In this document: in pieces, positions 1 through 11,490 of the stretch
Layout: each line of letters starts with the position of its first letter
Position numbering within the stretch: position 1 is the stretch's first letter
NCBI GenBank assembly: GCA_964019425.1
Contig: OZ025790.1
Span: 930,001 to 994,000 of the forward strand
Source of the DNA: Flectonema sp. DT1601
Taxonomy: Eukaryota
DNA: 64,000 bases
Reading direction: 5' to 3'
Notes under the pieces: model-generated
Databases searched by the model: none
What the model was told of the DNA's origin: nothing
What the model saw: the letters and a program-made list of their open reading frames with translations, nothing else
Made by a program: the position numbers and the translations under genes

Positions 1-672
1 TGGATGACCCTGTAGTGATGGCAGCTGATCAGGGAAGGATCCCTCTCCTCTAATCTTAGTCGCAATCATAAGAGAAACTACCACAATAGTTGGGAAAGGG
101 AGTTCCATGGTTGATATAACTCGGGTGATTCTTTCGATGTATACCAGTGAGAATATCAAGATAGAGTTGTCTTTGGGACCAAGTACTCCCCACCTTTGAA
201 GAATGCCAGATAGGGAACTCAAAGAAACATTGTGAGAATTACACAACAGCTGCCTGTATGCTGGTATAAGGGTTTTGCATCCATTGTATTCCCATGCAAT
301 TTCTTGAAATTTTCCCCACCACCCGGATTCGATCCCAACCCTTCGTCGTTTTTCATGTCGGAGCCAGTCATGAGACACCCACAACCGATGTCTGGGTTGA
401 CAATCTCTTTGTAGCTTTCTTTTACATTGTCGACAACATCGTTTCTTATTATTACCATATCCAAGAACGACTAGTCTAGCGCACTTCCTACCGTTTATAA
501 CAGATTCAGGTAACTTTAATAAACATCCACTACAATCGGAACAGTACAGCAACCCACAGAGTCTACAGTGGTGTCGCCTCTTCCAAAGTGTAAAACCTCG
601 CAAACATCCATTGCAAGAATCTCTTGAAGAGTCTGGTTGCCAATGTGGTCTTCGATCTTTATTGCGTATCAT
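1..672 (-). CDS. FYVE zinc-finger protein, 5' part (runs off window edge)
   Basis: Manual translation, absent from the ORF track because no stop lies in the window: MIRNKDRRPHWQPDSSRDSCNGCLRGFTLWKRRHHCRLCGLLYCSDCS. Has the WxxD and RRHHCRxCG FYVE signature; frame open to position 1. Confidence 0.85.
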   Translation of the reverse strand, partial: MIRNKDRRPHWQPDSSRDSCNGCLRGFTLWKRRHHCRLCGLLYCSDCSGCLLKLPESVINGRKCARLVVLGYGNNKKRCCRQCKRKLQRDCQPRHRLWVSHDWLRHEKRRRVGIESGWWGKFQEIAWEYNGCKTLIPAYRQLLCNSHNVSLSSLSGILQRWGVLGPKDNSILIFSLVYIERITRVISTMELPFPTIVVVSLMIATKIRGEGSFPDQLPSLQGHP

Positions 673-968
673 ACTTTAGGGACTGTAAGAAAATAATAAT
701 TGCATCAGATACAGATACTAGACACTGGAGTTCCATACGTACTGCCCGCTCTCTGATGTTGTAAGGATTTGTACCTTGTAAAAAAAAATAATATTTTTTT
801 ATTTTTTTTTTTCAATCAACAAATCAAAATGCATACTTACAGAAGATGCATGCAGGTGCGCATTTATTGCGTGACAGCGGTGGCTGTCACCAGCAATTGG
901 ACAAAGAAAAAGAAGAAGAAAAAAAACCCTCTTAGAGGAGGGGTGATAGCAGGAAGCAATTTGACAAC

Positions 969-3857
969 TTAGGCAAACTGTTCTTTCATTGCGAGATATC
1001 TCTTCAGGTCAGTTGGTGTGATTGAAGGTGTTGATGCTTCTCTTGCTTGAATCAAGTGTTTCTGAGTCACTACAATCGAAGATAAATTGTTAGAACTGTT
1101 TTCTTCATTATTTTCTGAGTCGGAATCAGACTCGTCGAGTTGACTGTCAGCAATCTTTTGAACTTCAGTATCGCGATCAGACTGAACCTTCGCAACCATA
1201 TCGTCTACAACACTTCTCATGGCAATCATTAGTGCTTCTGTGCTGAGGGAGTACATGTCTGCTCCGCTGTAGGTTTTAGGCATCTCTTCGGTAATTCTGT
1301 TTTGTGATTATTATTATTATTATTATTAATATTACCATTGTGAGAAGGTATTAACACATAAAGACATACGCTAAGAAATCAACATCGTCGTCGAGTTTCA
1401 TTTTGCGAGTTTGCGCTTTTAATATTGTTGCCTGCTCGGCAGATGTTCCAGCGACTCCTAAATAAACACATTTGTCGAATCTACCAGGACGGAGAAGTGA
1501 TTGATCTATTAAGTCAGGTCTGTTTGTGGCTCCAATTATAAAAACAAACTCATCAGGGTCACCTCCTAAGGAATCGACCTCAGTGAGTAGTTGTGCAACA
1601 ATGCGGTCCATAACACCTGCTGAATCACCCTTTGCACCTCTGTTAGGTACCAGGGCATCTAATTCATCGAAAAACACCACACATGGTGCTGCTTCTCTGG
1701 CTTTTTGAAATAACTCTCTGACATTTCTCTCAGACTCACCAACGTACATATTTAGCAGCTCTGGTCCTTTTACGCTCATAAAGTTTAGGCCGCATTCAGT
1801 CGCCACACCTTTGGCGAGGAGAGTCTGTGTTGTTTTGTTTTTTTAAATATGGTTTAAAAGGAGAAAACTGAGAGGAGAGAAAAAGAAGAAAAGAAAACCA
1901 ATACCTTACCACATCCGGGAGGACCAAACATTAAAATACCAGTTCTCGCTTTAAGACCAGAACCACTATATAGTTGAGGTTGGGTAAGAGGTAGATGAAT
2001 GCATTTCATTATTTCTTCTTTTGCTTCTTTCAATCCACCGATGTCTTTCCAGGATACCTTTTGCACGTTTGTTGATACAGAGATTTGATGAGATGAGGTA
2101 TACTTTGATATCGCCGTAGTAAAATGTGACATCTGTACAATAGGAATTCCTCCTTGAAGGTCACAAGTAAGATCATCACATACTAACGCAGAGCAGTTGT
2201 TTACTGCGTGGGATACAATTTCTAGAAGGCCAGAGGCAGGGAGACCAGCAGTAGCCTTTGCAATCTTTTCACTCGTTACAACACGTGAGTGAACGATCCT
2301 ATTCAAGAGGATGTCGTATATGGAAGCTCGTTCAATTTGAGTTGGGTTGTTGAAAATTATTTTTTGTTGAAAAAAAGTCGATGCCAATCCTGGCATATCT
2401 TCTTCTGTTCTATACGACCCCACGACAATAACTCGTTGTTGATTTGTTGCTTTTTGTAGATCTGATAAGACCTGACCAACAGAAACAGAATTTCCATCCT
2501 TTCCAGAAAATAAAGAATCAATATCGGTAGCCAGCAGTACAGTATTCCCAGTGTCACAGGCAATCTTTATTAAACCAATTACAGTTTCGATGTCTGCATC
2601 CGAACAGTTTGTTTCCATCATATTTAAACCAACAGAAGCTGCAGCAGCAGCAACACTCTCTCTCACATAACTATCAGGAGGCCCAACCACAGCAAGAGAT
2701 CCAGCGAATGCTCCTTCTTCACTATCGTCGTTGTGAATGACTGCGAGTTTCTCCATGAAAATTAAAACCGATTGAGCAGCTGACAGGCATTCCGTTGGAA
2801 ATTCTCCTCCGGAAAAAGACTTCGGAGTTGAAAACAACTTACAAGGAGTACCCGTAAGACTGAGCTCTGTCCCTTCCCGTGAGATGATGAACGGAGTTCC
2901 TTCCAGGGAATGATCACCAGTAGTCGCAGCCTTTACAATGGAAACAGTTATTTCTGATGGGTATGTAGTTTGTGAACATAAGAATTCAAAATCAAGAATT
3001 ACAGAATTAGATAAGTTTTTCAACAACGCGCTCCTAACAATCGGACTGGAAATCGGAACTGAAATCACGTCACTAACATGAACCAATCTCGAGGTAAATA
3101 ATGATGAAATAACCTCATCAACAACAGCTGTCGGTATGTCTACCAACAGAGGATTCATGACTAAGGCTATCTCTGCCCATGATGCGGTTTTTATTGAGAG
3201 CTCTTTAAGTGTTCCTGTTTTATCTAAATAGACGCATTCTGAATGAATATCAGTTGAAGCTGATGGTCTGAATGTATTACTCCTCCAGAATAAGTTACAA
3301 TAAGTTCCGGGTTGTACTAGAAAGACGCTATCGTCAACTTTAAAATTATTTTCGTTATTTGGAAGGCAAAGTTCAAAACAGAATTGTTGTTTGTTGTGAT
3401 TAATAATGACGTGAGTCTGCAATCCATAAACCTGTTTAGTTTCATTCGTACAATATATTTTATTGGAAGTGTCTCGGAGATAGCATTCAGGAATATCGAG
3501 ATCAGTATGAGATAAGTTTTTCGGAAGTAATTTTGTACAAATCCTCACTTTCAATCTCATTCTAGAGGGTCTGCAGAAAGCTGATATGAAAGTATCGGAA
3601 TGTTGCGAGTCTGTTGTGGGTAATTTTATCATCTTTTTTGTCAAATTTTCTCTACTGTACTGCTCCGGGTTGCACGAATCACTAATCCCAGCAATTACAA
3701 CTGTGCAGTCAGCTATGATTCCCTTTGTGACAGGACTGCATTCAACAACGACAACATCTCCGTTGCACAGTACTTGACCTTCGCTGACTATTGTTCCCAC
3801 AGGTAGCACTGTTTCTGTGGGATTCTCACAAGCCACAATAACCCTCGTGAGATCCAT
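969..3857 (-). CDS. PEX6: Peroxisomal AAA+ ATPase PEX6-like; 3 exons, introns ~1825-1904 and ~1297-1369
   Basis: Splicing joins [43 protein letters not shown] ... FFDELD ... [15 protein letters not shown] ... RPGRFDK, the PEX6 D2 domain. D1 is degenerate. Both introns are GT-AG. Confidence 0.9.
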
Positions 3858-4448
3858 GTTGATGTTATAATACTTTAAGAGAGAGAGGGAAGTGGGTGGA
3901 ATCTATTTTTCAGTCAATAAGTTACTACTAAACAATGGTTGTCTGTAATTTAAACGAAACCGATAAAGGAAACAGTAAACCACAGTAGTGATGATTAACT
4001 TTAGCCTTTTTGAAATAAAACTTCTGGTTGAGGGAAATCATATTATCAAGTTCCATTGTGATTAATTTGAAAACCTGGAAGAATGAAAAAAAAAAAAAAA
4101 AAAAACATGATTTTGTATTGAGGAAATTAATACTTTAAACAAAACAACTCAAAAACTGTCACATTATACAAAAAAAATAGTACTAAGCGGACAGGGGAAC
4201 GGGATGGGATTCGATAATACATAACGTGGGGATAGGGGGAGAGAAGACTAGTTTTGGTACGCCGTTGCTATTTGTTCTGCTCTTCGTGGTGCTTTTTTTG
4301 ATTAGGTTGATATTAAAGTTTTCCTCTCTCTCTTTTACTTACTTATTTTTATTTTTTTAAATTCAAAAAAAAAAAAAAGGAAATAAAGAACAGAGAAACA
4401 CATTCCATATCATCGACATAACATCAGCATCCTTTTCGGTTTTTAAAA

Positions 4449-4483
<35 letters not shown>

Positions 4484-5108
4484 CGCACCGTATCTAAGTT
4501 TAATGTCTAGGAAGAAAAAAAATAAAGGAAAGAAAAAATGAAAGAAAAAAGAAAAGATCACAACGGGAGGGGAAACAACAAAAACAAACAAACAAACATC
4601 GATGAATACAAAAGAAGAAAATAAACTCTAAAAAAAAGGGCAGGGTGCAGGCGGGAAGTGTGGAGGGGATGAAAAAGATTTTTTCACTCTTTTATTTTTT
4701 TTATTATTTTTCTTTGTTCTTCTTTCCTGGACTACAGAAGGCTGCTAATGTCCCAAAAACCACCACAACATTTTAGGGACGCAAACCGTGAAAGATTTTC
4801 ATTCCAAAGCTTAACAAAGAAAAGCACTAATACTTGTATAACTCTTTGAGGATATACAGGAGAAATATAGATAAGGGACTACCTTTCTTTGGGGAATTTA
4901 TATAGAAAAAAATAAAAACAACCAACCAAATAAACAACAGGGAACAACAAAAAAAAAAAAAAAAAAAAATGACTATAAAAATAAATCGTATTTAACACGG
5001 AATATTGAGAACATTTTTTTTTTTTTTTTTTCTTACAAAAAAAAAGTGGTTGTTGTAAGGATGAAAAATGATTTTAAAAAAAAAAAAAGAAAATGAAATG
5101 AAATGAAA

Positions 5109-7519
5109 CTAATGTTGAACTGATTGTTGTTTCATTTCGCTCATCATTTTTACGAGTTCTGAAGATAGAAAAGTTACGCATTCAGAAAAGTTAATCAACT
5201 GATTGTCATGAGGATCAATGAGGTCCAGAAGAGCATTTATTTCCTCTTCGGTCTTAGAAGGATCGATAGCCTTCAATAGTTGTTCAAATTCTGCTTCATT
5301 CAGTATTCCATTTTTATCAGCATCAAATTGCTTAAATAATTTAACAAATTTTCCTAAGAACCTTTCATGTCCTTGAAGTTGAAAGTCAAGTAACACTTTG
5401 AGAAAGTCAGTGTACATAATGCTGTTTAAATCACTCTTTTTTTGGTCATTTCGGCGACCTGATCTGCGGCGAGGAGGATTCTTTTCTTTTATGACTTCCC
5501 TTACTCTCATAATGATGGATACAGCATCTTCAGCATTGTACATATACTTTACGATGTCGACCCATTCTTCTTCTTGAAGATACCCAGATGTACGTCTATG
5601 GACCATATTGATAACGTCTTCATCACCTTTCATTGGTTGTTTTCCTTTTAAGTACATGCGAAGTAATTCGTGAACTGTTTCCTTCAACTGTCTCTGTACA
5701 AAACGAAATTCTTCGTCGATCTCATTTCTCAAAATCTTTCCAAAAACCGCGACGTCATTATCTTCAGCACTGTATTTACGAACTCCATTGATAATTGCCT
5801 GAGCCCAGTCAAGTATTAAGTTCTTCAGTCCATACTTTTGGTTTAGGTAGGTGTAGAGATGTTGTTCCATTGTCTCTCTTGGAAGGTGTGTTTCCATACA
5901 CTTGATATCAAACTTTGATTTCCCTTCATAGATATCCTCAATAATTTCCTTTAACTGTCTTAGAGAAAGTGATCGACCAACACTTGGGCCCTTTGGAGCA
6001 CGTGATTTGTCACCCCAGTTTGCGTCTTGTTCATCAACTTGGGAAGCCATCTTCTGTCTACCAACTTCGTATTGTTTCAGACGGAGGTGTAGTTTTTCAT
6101 TTTCAGATCTTAGCCAGTTGACTTCGTTTAGTAGTTGTGTGTTGTCACCGTCTTTTGGACCTCCGTAACCTCCTTCTTTAACGTCCATTTGCTGCATCAA
6201 TTGTTCAATTTCCTGAAAATTATTTAGTTTGGTGTGATGGATGAAAAAATAATTTAAAAAAAAATTAAAAAAAAATAAAAAGACGCACCTGAATAGCCGA
6301 CTGCATGTCACCCCTCATAAGTTCTAATTTTTTATCCTTGTGGACCTGCATTCCCTTAATCAATCCGTCGAAGGAATCTAAAAGGGTAGCGTATCTGTGG
6401 TTGGTTTTTATGTTTGTTATGTTTTTGTTATTTTTCTTTTTTTTTTTTTTTTTTTAAATCTTTAATAACACATACTGTTCACTCAGAGTCTGAAGAACGT
6501 TAGACAAATTCGTGTCAAATCTGTAGCTTGAACGGGCGATTTCTTGAAAGCAGTACTGAAATAGCCTGTTATGGTTGTTGTTGTTGTTGTTTTTTTTTCT
6601 TTTTTTCTTTTTTTGTTGGTTTCATCAAAAGAAACAATTCACTACATTTAGTAACATACAATTTCTTAGTTTTGAGAATTTCGGCATTTTTCTCAAAAGG
6701 ATCATCTTTTCCAGCCAACAGAGTGTGGAGATGAGCAATAATATTCTTCACGTAATCATCAAAACCTCCCTTGTCAGCAATCCTTCCAGAAACGGAGGTA
6801 GCAGCGCGGTAAAGACGTTGGACTTGCTCGTGATCAGTAGCTTCCCAGGCGTGTTTTGGTTGGAAATCACCTTCAGCACGTCCAACAGAACCAGCACCAC
6901 CTGAATACCTGGATCTCAGAGATGGTAAGTGAGACTGACCTGGAGGTGAAGTAACAGATGGTTGAGGCATTGCTGGGGATGAACTTGGAGCCCAGGCCTG
7001 TGGAGCATTTCCGTAAGGACCAGCACCCGGAGTACCAGCAGGGGTTGCACCAATTGAAGGTGCCTGTGGTACTGATGGCAGTTGTGAAACAGGTTGACCG
7101 ATACCCATTGGACTTTCTCTTTCATCCAAATCGGCTAAGTCATCGTCTCCGTTATCTGTAAGAGTTGTTCCGTTGAAAGATTCCAACGCTGTTAAGGCAA
7201 CAATGATTTCTTCTTCATCAGTTTCGTAAGGCAAATCTACGTACAAATGTTTTAAATTATGCAACGAAAACAATCCTCTAATAACAGCACTCAAACCAGG
7301 AATTGGGTTATGAGAAATGTCTAAATATTCCAACTTCAGACTGCTCAAATCTTCAGGTAATCTTTGAACGTTGTTATTCGCTAGTTTTAATGTTCTTAAA
7401 TGAGGCATCTTAACCAACAATGGGATTAAGGGAACCAGATCATCGATACCTTCGTTGTTTAAAACGATTTCCTCCATATTGGGATTCACCATCAACATTT
7501 TTTCTAATTTATCCGCCAT
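5109..7519 (-). CDS. N-terminal LRR + coiled-coil + TSNAXIP1-like/EF-hand protein; 4 exons, introns ~6566-6659, ~6395-6475, ~6213-6288
   Basis: LRR motifs (LRTLKLANNNV, LEYLDISHNPI) in ORF 6569-7519. ETMEQHLYTYLNQKYGL motif and EF hands (DADKNGILNEAEF) in ORF 5109-6311. Three GT-AG introns restore one frame. Confidence 0.8.
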
Positions 7520-7808
7520 GGTTGAGATTGGCTGTGTACACTGCCTATTGCTGAGAGGGGAAAAATAAAAATAAAATTTTAAAAAAAAAAAGAGAAAAAA
7601 AAAATTCCAAAATCAAACACACAATACCCTTTTATTTCAAAAGAGTGTTAAAAACATACAGAATATTTTTTCTTAAACATTTTTTTTTTTTTTTTTTTCC
7701 AAAATTATTTTTTTCTAAAAAAAAAAAAAGTGAACTAAGACCAAATTGAGAGTGAGGGAAGAATCCCATCAGAGAAAAAAGAAAAAAAACCAATAATATC
7801 ATCGCCCT

Positions 7809-9944
7809 CTACAGATAATAATTCCATATGCATATCTCACCATCTGACCCTATTGATATTACTTGTTTACCGTCACCTGTCCAGACACATTTCACGGCCT
7901 CAGATGAATGTGATGACAGTTGTGTTAGAAGACGAGCTGAAGGCTTATCAACTTCCATTGTATAAATAGATAATGAACCATCTTGATGAGAAGTAGCGAA
8001 AGCTGATCCCTTAGGACTGATAGAAACACTACTGATATGTCGTCGAGGTGTGTTGCTGATGGTGAAGACCGGTCGCTGATAATCTATGTCGTACATACTG
8101 TTTGTTGTTGTTGTGGTTGTTGCTTTTTTTTTTTTTTTTTTTTATTTAAATATAAGAGTTACATACTGAAGAAGTCCATCGTAGGTCGCTGCTACTATCT
8201 CACGCTCACCACTAGTCCGTTGCGCTGCAGATATAAATCCGCTGCACTCAGTGTCAGTTTTATAAGTTAGTTTTCTAGGAGCATTACTTTTGGCAGCCAC
8301 ATGAACATTTTTTTGCGCCAAATCAAAAGTAGCGACAGTCTTATCAAGAGACACGGTGTGTATTATCGAAGGCGATGTGATGTCAGCCAAGAGAGAAGTT
8401 ACTTTTTTCGTGTGATTTTGAAGAACTGCAACACAAGAATGGGCATCACCCTGCGACCAAACCCTAACAATACCATCCTCACCAGCTGATAAAACAAACT
8501 GCTGAGCTGCTGTGAGAGTGCAAACACGACCTCTGTGAGCAGTAGCAATAGACCAAAGAGGTGTGGCTATGGGTTCACTAACAGAGAAACATTGAATACT
8601 GCCATTACTCCAACCAACTAACAATTGATCATCACCAGTGACAGAATAAGTAATACAAGTTGGATGATATTGTAGTCCCCGATCAGCTGGAATACGAGAA
8701 GCGATCGTGTAGTCATCTAAATTCCACACAATAACATGACTCACGCTGTTGTCAGCACAAATAGCAAACCTGTCACTTCTGTTAGATGGAACAGCAATAT
8801 CAAGAAGACCCGATGTGTGAGCTGTAAAATAAACTGCAGCAGTTAAGTCATGAGACACAACTCTATATAAAACACCGCTATTAGTTCCAACTAATAGTTC
8901 AGAACCGTCTCCTGAAGGGTTCAGAGATGTGATGCCACCAGATAGTTGTCCTTCAGAAAGAATCTCCCATTCGCGTTCAACTGTTGGATCTCGACGTGCA
9001 ATTTTAGAAATCTTTCCATCACCGCAACCGACAACTACTGATCCGTCTGATAATGCTGACAATGAAAGGACTCCACCTCCGCCAACAGCAAAGCTTGTTT
9101 TGTATAGTTTGGTATCAGTATTGAAAACAACAACATCACCAGTACCTGTCCCACATAATAAATTACCACCTGAGAGCGCTAGGCAGTTGTATGATCGGAC
9201 GAAGCCTCCGAGTTTTCCTCCACTGCCGGGAACTTGAAAAACAGAAGATGAGATTCTGTATTGCATAGTCTTAATATCGAATGACCATAAACACATTCTA
9301 ATCCCAGTGTTATATGATAAAAACAACTCGTATGTCTGTCTTCGTGTACCAGGTTCACGAATAGAACCCCACACAATGGCTCTTGCGACTTCGTTGTCAA
9401 GACCGTCGCGAAGGCCACCAGATACTTGTCCAGTTTCAACCTCCCATATTAAGGTTTTCCCGTCAACACCAGTGCTTGCAAGCCATCTGCAATCATCAGA
9501 AAACTTTATCGCGTAGATTCCTTTTGAATGTCCAGGTAGACGATATTTAGGTTCACTGCTGTTGTAGTCCCACAGTATTATAAAACCATCTCCTTCTTTT
9601 GCTTTTGTTGATGCTCCCTGACCTGAAGCAATTAGATTACCAGATGAAGAAATATCAATTGATGTGATTTCAGCATCATGTCCTTTTAATACTCTTTGTT
9701 CATGTGGATTACTCGTATTGACAACAACAACTAACTTACCAACAGCATGAATTGCTACTGGTGGCTCACCTGTTGGATGCAACAACGCTGTGTTTAAATG
9801 TTTTCCACTAAACCCAATTGCATGTTCAAGCTGCACTGGTTGTACGTCATCATCACCACTAAAACCGGAAGTGACTGATATCGGTGCTTGACTTGGTGTT
9901 GTTAATCCATTATTGAAAGCAGGGCTCTCTGCTACTTCCATCAT
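7809..9944 (-). CDS. WD40-repeat protein, CFAP52/WDR16-like; intron ~8098-8166
   Basis: Multiple GH...WD/WE repeats and an N-terminal LEHAIGFSG motif. A GTATGT...AAACAG intron joins the two ORFs. Confidence 0.8.
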
Positions 9945-10209
9945 CGTCTTTTGTCTGTTAAACGTAAATAAAATGTTTTATTACTTTTAACACCTTCGGA
10001 CAAGTTTACGTTTTTTTTGTGAAGACGTTTTATGGAGAAAAAAAAAAAAATAATAATAAAGTGAATAGAACATAAAGAAAACATAAACAATAGTAAGAGT
10101 TAGAATGGTAGTATTTAGACTGATGTCAGTGTAATGGAGACTCTCACAGGCGAGATGAGAATATATAGATGTGAATAACGTCTCAACAACTGACAATCAG
10201 AATGCTATC

Positions 10210-11271
10210 TTAGCTGAGGTACAGCATAACAATTTCATTTCCGGTTGAGTTTTTTTTACTGATGTCCAAGTCCTGCGTTGTTAATCTTATTATCGATAGC
10301 TGTTCAAATCCAAGATGGATCCAAAAATGACAAATTTCATTATTTTTTGAAACCTTACTACTCCGATGAAACGACATCCTGACATCACCAAACCGATTAA
10401 TGTTGAGAGGGAATCCGAGTGTGCCATCATCTTGTTGAGAACCAGAAACAACAACATCAGCTGCATTATTTTCAAACCCGAGGGTAATTGCTAAATGCAT
10501 ATTTTTTTGAAGTCGAAATCCACATGCAGAGACAGAACACAACACAACACTTCTACTGATAGGACCCTTCAGAATACTCAAAACCTCTTGCTGAGTGATC
10601 GGAGTATTGGTATCGACAGGACGAGTTCCCCAAATCATGTACAATAGCTTAGCCCAGTATAAAATATATCTCCGTTGACTTGGAATGGAAACACCTTTCA
10701 TGTTTTTAGAACGTTCATGGGCGTAACGCGCCATCACATCTGAAGCAATTGTTAAAAATTGTTCTTCGGAATAATGTTCCGGAGGTGAAGACATTCCCAG
10801 TTCAGTGTATAGAATGTAACAGCAAAGGACAGTTCCAGTTCTACCTTTACCGGCTTTGCAATGAACTGCACAAATATTATCTTTATGACTCGATAAGAAT
10901 CGATGCATTGAATATACAATCTTTGATAATTGATCCAGACTGGTTGGATTGTGATCAATGATGGGAAGACATTCAGAGTTCCCAGCAAAGTCACATCCTT
11001 TATCGTATTGGTGTTTTTTTTCTTTGCAGAGATTATATACTCTGTAACGATCCTTGTGGTAGAAAGTAAGCATTCGTTCCACGTCTTCGTATTTATTTCT
11101 GTAGAACGACTCAATTCCGGTTGCAGGAAATCCCATCGCAATCAGTCTTTTATTTCCTTTTTCCATTTTCGGAACAGAAACATAAGTCAAATCCAAGTCA
11201 AAATTTCCATCTCGAAAGCAACGTTTTTGTTGCTGTACTAAATGGCGAGCACCTAAGCAGCAACAACTCAT
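10210..11271 (-). CDS. PTEN: PTEN-like phosphoinositide phosphatase
   Basis: FDLDLTY, LIAMGFPA, YRN, DHNP and the catalytic HCKAGKGRTG; V.IPSQRRY; C2-like C-terminus. Confidence 0.9.
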   Translation of the reverse strand: MSCCCLGARHLVQQQKRCFRDGNFDLDLTYVSVPKMEKGNKRLIAMGFPATGIESFYRNKYEDVERMLTFYHKDRYRVYNLCKEKKHQYDKGCDFAGNSECLPIIDHNPTSLDQLSKIVYSMHRFLSSHKDNICAVHCKAGKGRTGTVLCCYILYTELGMSSPPEHYSEEQFLTIASDVMARYAHERSKNMKGVSIPSQRRYILYWAKLLYMIWGTRPVDTNTPITQQEVLSILKGPISRSVVLCSVSACGFRLQKNMHLAITLGFENNAADVVVSGSQQDDGTLGFPLNINRFGDVRMSFHRSSKVSKNNEICHFWIHLGFEQLSIIRLTTQDLDISKKNSTGNEIVMLYLS

Positions 11272-11490
11272 TTCTTTTTATTTTTATTTTTTGTGTGTGG
11301 AGCTGTTGTGAGCATCAGAGTTTAAAAATCATAGTTTACGCTGATAAGAAATTCATTTCCCAAGATCAAATGTGTAAATGATGAAAAAGAACAAAAAAGG
11401 AGAAAAAAAAAAAATCTATCAAAAGAAACTTAACACTGACCAGTAGAAACCATCAGCATCATTTAAAAAAAAACAATTCCACCTTTAAAA

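Noticed and set aside
219..464. 81-aa minus-strand ORF from the track
   Set aside because: Out-of-frame overlap with the real FYVE CDS (1-672).
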